Source: Gemmatimonadota bacterium
Lineage (GTDB): Bacteria > Gemmatimonadota > Gemmatimonadetes > Gemmatimonadales > GWC2-71-9
Length of the DNA stretch: 64,000 nucleotides
Assembly (NCBI GenBank): GCA_039586365.1
Contig: JBDHKN010000035.1
Coordinates: 1-64,000, forward strand
Reading direction: 5' to 3'
Shown here: positions 59,226 to 64,000 of the stretch, piece after piece
Numbering within the stretch: the stretch's first letter is position 1
Layout of the letters: each line of letters begins with the position of its first letter
Notes under the pieces: model-generated
The model's input: the letters and a program-made list of their open reading frames with translations, nothing else
Told to the model about the DNA's origin: nothing
Databases searched by the model: none
Translations under genes and position numbers: made by a program

Positions 59226-59927
59226 ATGTGGGACCAATCATCAGGCCGGACTCGGATAAAGCTATGCGAGTTCGAATGCCTCGACCCAGCCTACGAAGCC
59301 AGCCAGATGGGTGTCGACGCGCTCGGTTTTCACATCTTCCAACACCAGGACGCGCTCGAAAAGGCAGCGCGGTTCGCTGAAGTTTTTCGCTACCTTCCTG
59401 CTGCGGTAACCAAGGTCCTGCTGACCGACCTGGAGCTGGACTTCCTAGTTGGAGACGTTCTGCCGCTACTCAGATGTGATGCGATTCAGCTGTACCCAGA
59501 CTGGTCCGCCGAACAAATCGCACGGCTGCGAGATGCATCTCCTTCCGAGCTGAGAATACTCAAGGTCATGTCGGCTAACACTGATGAGAACAAGTTCGGG
59601 AATGACGACGAGTTCCTCCACTACTACGACAAAGTCGTGGATGCTTATCTACTCGATAGCCATCGAATTGGCGGGACGGGTCGCGTAGCCGACTGGCAGC
59701 ATTGCGGGGATATTGTCACCAAGACCTCACTGCCCGTCTTCTTAGCCGGTGGTCTCACCGCAGAGAACGTCGCCGAGGCCATTCAGGTCGTGCGCCCCTA
59801 CGGTGTGGATGTGGAGAATGGAGTAAGTGATCGCATTCCTGACGGACCTCTGGTGAAGAACATGGCGAAGTGCCGCGAGTTCGTCGCCGCGGTACGTAGC
59901 GCAGATCGAGAGTCGGGAAGAGTCTGA
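59226..59927 (+). CDS. Divergent phosphoribosylanthranilate isomerase (TrpF-like)
   Basis: RIKLC, DALGF, DAIQL, YLLDS, GGTG, DW, FLAGGLTAENV, PYGVDV. Confidence 0.88.
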   Translation: MWDQSSGRTRIKLCEFECLDPAYEASQMGVDALGFHIFQHQDALEKAARFAEVFRYLPAAVTKVLLTDLELDFLVGDVLPLLRCDAIQLYPDWSAEQIARLRDASPSELRILKVMSANTDENKFGNDDEFLHYYDKVVDAYLLDSHRIGGTGRVADWQHCGDIVTKTSLPVFLAGGLTAENVAEAIQVVRPYGVDVENGVSDRIPDGPLVKNMAKCREFVAAVRSADRESGRV

Positions 59928-59983
59928 GCGCCGATACCCTGTCAGAGCCCGCCCGAGCCTGATCGAGGTCAGGTCACGCGAGA

Positions 59984-61126
59984 CTAGCGGAATGGTGCCG
60001 GGAGCCACCGACTGGCCCACCGGGCCAACGGGGTGGCGAACGAGGCCTTTTCCTTAACCGTGGGCTTCACTGTGTGCTCCAGCAGTCGACAGAAGCGGCA
60101 CTTCGGCAGCCGGGAGGAGAAGATGCACATGCTCGCGTGCTGCCGTGCCCCGGTGGCCATCTCGTTCTTCCAACGAGCCGAATCTCCCAAGAAGTCCAGC
60201 AGCCGATATCCCTGCGTAAAGCCATCCTCGACGATATGCCCGAACAGAACCGCACCCGGCGAAAGTTGGCGATACCCCTGTCGGTACGAGGTCTTCAGGG
60301 CGTAGAGCTGACCGTCGAAGATCACGCCGAACACGTGTGCGATCGACCGCGAGTCGAGTTGGAGCAGGTAGATGCGCAGCCATCCGCTGCGGGCACAGCG
60401 CAGCGCCAGGTCACGGAAGAAGGTCTCGAGCCCGGACTCGGTCGTAAGGGAGGTGTGCTCGCCCTCCTTCCAACTGTCGCGCTCGATTGAGAACACCTCA
60501 TCCATGGCAGCGTCCACTTCCTCAGGGACCGAAACCACCCTCCACTCGGCACGACCGGCCTGTATCATGGCCTTACGTTTGCGGCGCAGTTCGCTCCGGA
60601 AGTGGCGCGACCGGCTGGATAGATACGACTGCCAATCTTTCTCGAATTCCAGAATGGGAGCTTCCGTGTCGGGTTTCGTCGTTGTGAGCATGTGGTGGTG
60701 TGCGGCCACCTCCGGCACCACTCGCAGCGTAGCCGCATCCTCAAGCACTCGCTTCAAACCAACCTTCACGGGCTGACCCCGCTGACGCAGATACCCGAGC
60801 GCGGCATCGATTATCTCATCCGGCTCGCCCTCGCAGACGATGTCTTCTCGTCGCGTCTGAGGATTGACCGGCAACGTGAGGGTCTTGGGACACCACAACT
60901 CTCCGGCAATGTCTTGGATCAAGGGAATCAGGCCAACCAGCCGCTCGGCGCGCCACACAAACAGAAACGCGATTGGTTTTCCGCGCCAGAACGCGTTGAG
61001 CCAGGAAATCAACCATTCATAGCTGCCAAAGAGGTCCCGGTTGGAAGACCGGCTCAACAGACTCTCCCATGCCTCACGGTAGTCCGCGAGTAAGTCTATG
61101 TCGTTGATCTCTTCAACGCGCAACAC
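59984..61126 (-). CDS. GNAT-family acetyltransferase (CelD/BcsL-like)
   Basis: F.SYEWL..W, WQSYLSSRSRHFRSELRRKRK, SPGAVLF, LDFLG...WK; AGGAG SD before GTG 61126. Confidence 0.88.
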   Translation of the reverse strand: MLRVEEINDIDLLADYREAWESLLSRSSNRDLFGSYEWLISWLNAFWRGKPIAFLFVWRAERLVGLIPLIQDIAGELWCPKTLTLPVNPQTRREDIVCEGEPDEIIDAALGYLRQRGQPVKVGLKRVLEDAATLRVVPEVAAHHHMLTTTKPDTEAPILEFEKDWQSYLSSRSRHFRSELRRKRKAMIQAGRAEWRVVSVPEEVDAAMDEVFSIERDSWKEGEHTSLTTESGLETFFRDLALRCARSGWLRIYLLQLDSRSIAHVFGVIFDGQLYALKTSYRQGYRQLSPGAVLFGHIVEDGFTQGYRLLDFLGDSARWKNEMATGARQHASMCIFSSRLPKCRFCRLLEHTVKPTVKEKASFATPLARWASRWLPAPFR

Positions 61127-61163
61127 GCCTGCACTCCTAGCCGATTCAGTGCCACTCAAGCCA

Positions 61164-61748
61164 CTACTCCACAACCCTGCGCAGCCACCCCTCTTTCCAA
61201 AAGAGAAAGCAGGTGCGATCGCAGCCCGCCCAATCGCAGTCGATGTGTCTGGGTGGCTCACAGAACACCTCGTCGAGCAGCACGACGTTCTTGACCTTGA
61301 CCATGCGCCAGCTGCGCTCGTCGAAAAAGCGGACCGCCCGCTTTCGAACGGTGTACGTTTGCCCACAGTACCGATCCATCAGGGCCGGGATGTACGCTAG
61401 CCCCTCGAACTTGCCCTCTTGGTCCAGCGTCGCGCCGATCTCTTCAACCGATTTGACTTGAACTCTGTCACCCGGCTCGAGCCCGAGGACGTCAGGTTGG
61501 GTTCGCGTCCCCCCCGAAGGATCCGGCTTAGCGCGCCTGGCTTGGATACGCTCCAGTGCCCGCCTCGGAAGCAGGCTCGGCGTCCTGACGAGTTTCCAGA
61601 GACGCAATCCTTGCAGCATCAGTATCCGCTTCAGCCGCTCGGCGTGCACTTCCGCCGCGGACGGTGGATCCCCTGCGGCGGTCAGGACCTCAAGCTGACA
61701 GATCCTATCGACCGGCTCCCGGTTGTCATTCAAAATCACTGCGATCAT
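61164..61748 (-). CDS. Cys-rich hypothetical protein, probable SH3-like fold
   Basis: LEPGDRVQVKSVEEIGATLD...GL...MDRYCG...FCE...CDRTCFLFWKEGWL; start uncertain. Confidence 0.7.
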   Translation of the reverse strand: MIAVILNDNREPVDRICQLEVLTAAGDPPSAAEVHAERLKRILMLQGLRLWKLVRTPSLLPRRALERIQARRAKPDPSGGTRTQPDVLGLEPGDRVQVKSVEEIGATLDQEGKFEGLAYIPALMDRYCGQTYTVRKRAVRFFDERSWRMVKVKNVVLLDEVFCEPPRHIDCDWAGCDRTCFLFWKEGWLRRVVE

Positions 61749-62208
61749 CGCTCCCGGATATCGGGTGAGCCGCCACCGCCCAGCCCCACACTGCGAAACC
61801 GAGTCGGTGCCCGTGGCTCACGACGCACGGGCGTGTCTCACATAGCAGGTCTGCCCGCTGCAGGTGGACCGCTGGTCACCATTCCCAGATGGCAAATACC
61901 GCGCCGTTGCCATCCGTCGGAGACTCTAAGGTAAGTTAGCTACTCTGGCTTCGAACGGCCGTTTGTCAGAAGTCGGGTGAGATCCGACCCGGGATCTCTC
62001 CCCGGTCACAGCCCGACCGCCACCCTCGGACCTCGCGTGATTTTGCGCGGACCAGAGGGTAAGACGGGGGTCTCAAACCAGGCTCAAGTTCCCTGCCTCA
62101 TTCTCAAAGACGCATTGCGGTGACCCGTAGCCAGTCCTGTCTGCCGAATTGGCGCCATTAGTTTCCGCGAAAAGGAGCACTCCGGCTCGCCCCGGGTGCG
62201 GCGGAGCT

Positions 62209-62438
62209 GCTGAGGTAGCGTTCCGGGACGTGGAGGAGGCGTCCCCGCTCACGGAGGAAGCGTTCCCGATGACGGAGGAAGCGTTCCCGACCGCTGGGAA
62301 GCGTTCCCGACGGCTGAGGAAGCGTTCCCGATGACCGAGGAAGCTTTCTCGCTGATCCAGAACGCGTGCCGGGCCGTCCAGGAGGCGAGCTGGACAAAGG
62401 AGGAGGCGTTCCCGACCGCCCAGGAAGCTCGGCTTGCG
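62209..62438. repeat. Degenerate 21-bp tandem array, 11 units, one of 20 bp
   Basis: Units like ACGGAGGAAGCGTTCCCGATG; reads xEEAFPx heptads on the + strand. Confidence 0.85.
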
Positions 62439-62932
62439 GCACGTAACTACCTGTAATACAACGAGATAACGCACGGCGGGTGGGTGATCCGCTGTGATTT
62501 TGGAGGGTTGAGTCACAGCTCCACTGGGGAAGGCAGGGTGAGGGGGGCGATGTCAGCGTGGCAGAGGACACCGACGGACTCGAAACAGCGGTACAATCGC
62601 GCGCACATGTGACAAGCCTGTTCGTTTTCGGGCCCTTTCGGGCGCCAGCCTCAAAAATCGCGGGACAAACCTGAAAAAGTCGGCCGAGGGACATCACCTT
62701 TGCACCCATAGACATGGACGGCTTCGCACCAACAAGGGTCCCCTGCCGTTCATTGGGCTGCGGAGTTGCAGCAGCACCCCTACGCACAGGTCGCTCGGCT
62801 GAGGAGTAACGCATCGCGGCCCACGAGAAGTCTTTGTGACGACCGGAGGAGGGCTGTGGCAACACTGGGAAGCACAGACTGTACACTCTAGGATCGCTTC
62901 AGCCCCAATGCGTCCAAGGAAGTAACACCGTC

Positions 62933-64000
62933 CTATTCAGACCTCAGCACCACCATCGGGTCTACCCTGCTTGCACGCCATGCGGGCACGTAGCACGCCA
63001 GCGCCGCAACCGCAAGCAGGATGAGCGGTCCCGCCACGAAAGTGCCGGGATCAGCACTGCTGATGCCGTAAACCAAGTTCTTCATCACACGGCTCAGCCC
63101 CAGGGCTCCAACCAACCCGAGCGCGATGCCGGCCGCCGTGACAAGCATTCCCTGGCGGATTATGAAGCGCACGATTCCAACCTGGGCGGCCCCGAGCGCC
63201 ACGCGGATCCCGATCTCTCGGGTGCGGCTCGCGACCGAATAGGAGAGGACGCCGTACACGCCGAGTACGGCTAGCAGTAGGCCCGTCAAAGCAAATGCCG
63301 TCATCAATGTGGCGGCGAATCGCTGCTTTGCAGTCGAGGCCTTCACCAGGCTCGCCATTGTGCGGACGTTTGAGATCGGTTGCCTCGGTTCGATCTCAGC
63401 GACAACCGCCCGCACCTGCGACACCAAGCTGGCCGGCTCGAGCTCAGTCCTGATCGCGAGCGACATCTCTCCGAATGGGAGTTGGGCGTACGGTGCGTAG
63501 AATTGCGGTAGGTCGTCCTCGTACACGTGCAGTATGCGTGAGTGGCGGACTATCCCCACGACCGTCCAGCTCTCACCGAGCATGGAGATCTCCCTACCAA
63601 CGGCGTCTCCATCCGCCCAGTACCGCGCAAGCTTCTCGTCAATCACCGCCACGAACGGGGCCGCCTCACGCTCGTCATCATCCATCGTGAAGCTCCGCCC
63701 GGCAACGAGCCCTATGCCCATAGTCGCGAAATAGCCGGGCGTGACGGGCATGTAGTCGACCATGGGAGATTCCTGTCCATCGACCAACGCATCCGGCCTG
63801 CAATCGCTCTGATTCCGGTTGGCGTATCCCAACGGTAGCGTCCCCGTGGCCGCTGCCGACTGGACCCCGGGCACGGACCGCAGGCGTTCGAGGAGGGTTT
63901 CGAAAAAGGTCACGCGAGCCCTGTTGTCATCGTAGCGGCTGCGAGGTAGTGCCACGTCGACCGCAACCAGGTTCTCCGCAGTGTAGCCGGGGTTGGAACG
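62933..64000 (-). CDS. ABC transporter permease, MacB/FtsX (ADOP-like) type, 5' part outside the window
   Basis: VTPGYFATMGI, GVYGVLSYSVASRTREIGIRVALGA, PAWRASRVDPMVVLRSE. Confidence 0.93.
   Translation of the reverse strand, partial: RSNPGYTAENLVAVDVALPRSRYDDNRARVTFFETLLERLRSVPGVQSAAATGTLPLGYANRNQSDCRPDALVDGQESPMVDYMPVTPGYFATMGIGLVAGRSFTMDDDEREAAPFVAVIDEKLARYWADGDAVGREISMLGESWTVVGIVRHSRILHVYEDDLPQFYAPYAQLPFGEMSLAIRTELEPASLVSQVRAVVAEIEPRQPISNVRTMASLVKASTAKQRFAATLMTAFALTGLLLAVLGVYGVLSYSVASRTREIGIRVALGAAQVGIVRFIIRQGMLVTAAGIALGLVGALGLSRVMKNLVYGISSADPGTFVAGPLILLAVAALACYVPAWRASRVDPMVVLRSE

Noticed and set aside
58414..59927. Calling these the housekeeping trpA and trpF
   Set aside because: No other trp genes are adjacent, several conserved motifs are altered and the location is accessory, so gene symbols were withheld.
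62209..62438. CRISPR array
   Set aside because: Contiguous degenerate units without unique spacers; no cas genes.

Overview
GC-rich bacterial chromosome segment. Gene content and order (TIGR02999-type ECF sigma plus Ser/Thr kinase, plug-only TonB lipoprotein, MacB/FtsX-type permease) suggest Gemmatimonadota; this is an inference. Positions 1-18 kb hold envelope, signalling and transport genes: CsgG-like and BNR-repeat secreted proteins, an ECF/kinase pair, SulP, an M20 amidohydrolase, ClC and FadL-GDSL. Positions 18-55 kb are one co-oriented minus-strand housekeeping run (ansA-like, obgE, dprA, hemW, hrcA, dnaJ, HIT, rpsU, mutS2, dnaG, recJ, rsmD, coaD, pta, RsbV/W/U-like, rsmA, rex, exonuclease, MBL, infC-rpmI-rplT, pheST, zapA, rny, folD, xseAB, ispA, dxs, nadK, recN). 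It carries a perfect Rex box, an L20-leader-like attenuator and a CIRCE-like palindrome. After tRNA-Val(CAC) at 56044 lies an accessory block, possibly bounded by a 13-bp copy of the tRNA 3' end at 61770. The best candidate for an undescribed system is there: a three-gene cassette encoding a putative PRPP-dependent phosphoribosyltransferase-like protein, an orphan divergent TrpA and a divergent TrpF, with no trpB/C/D/E in the window. It looks like a repurposed Trp-type mini-pathway. Family calls rest on motif recognition by eye; no searches were run.
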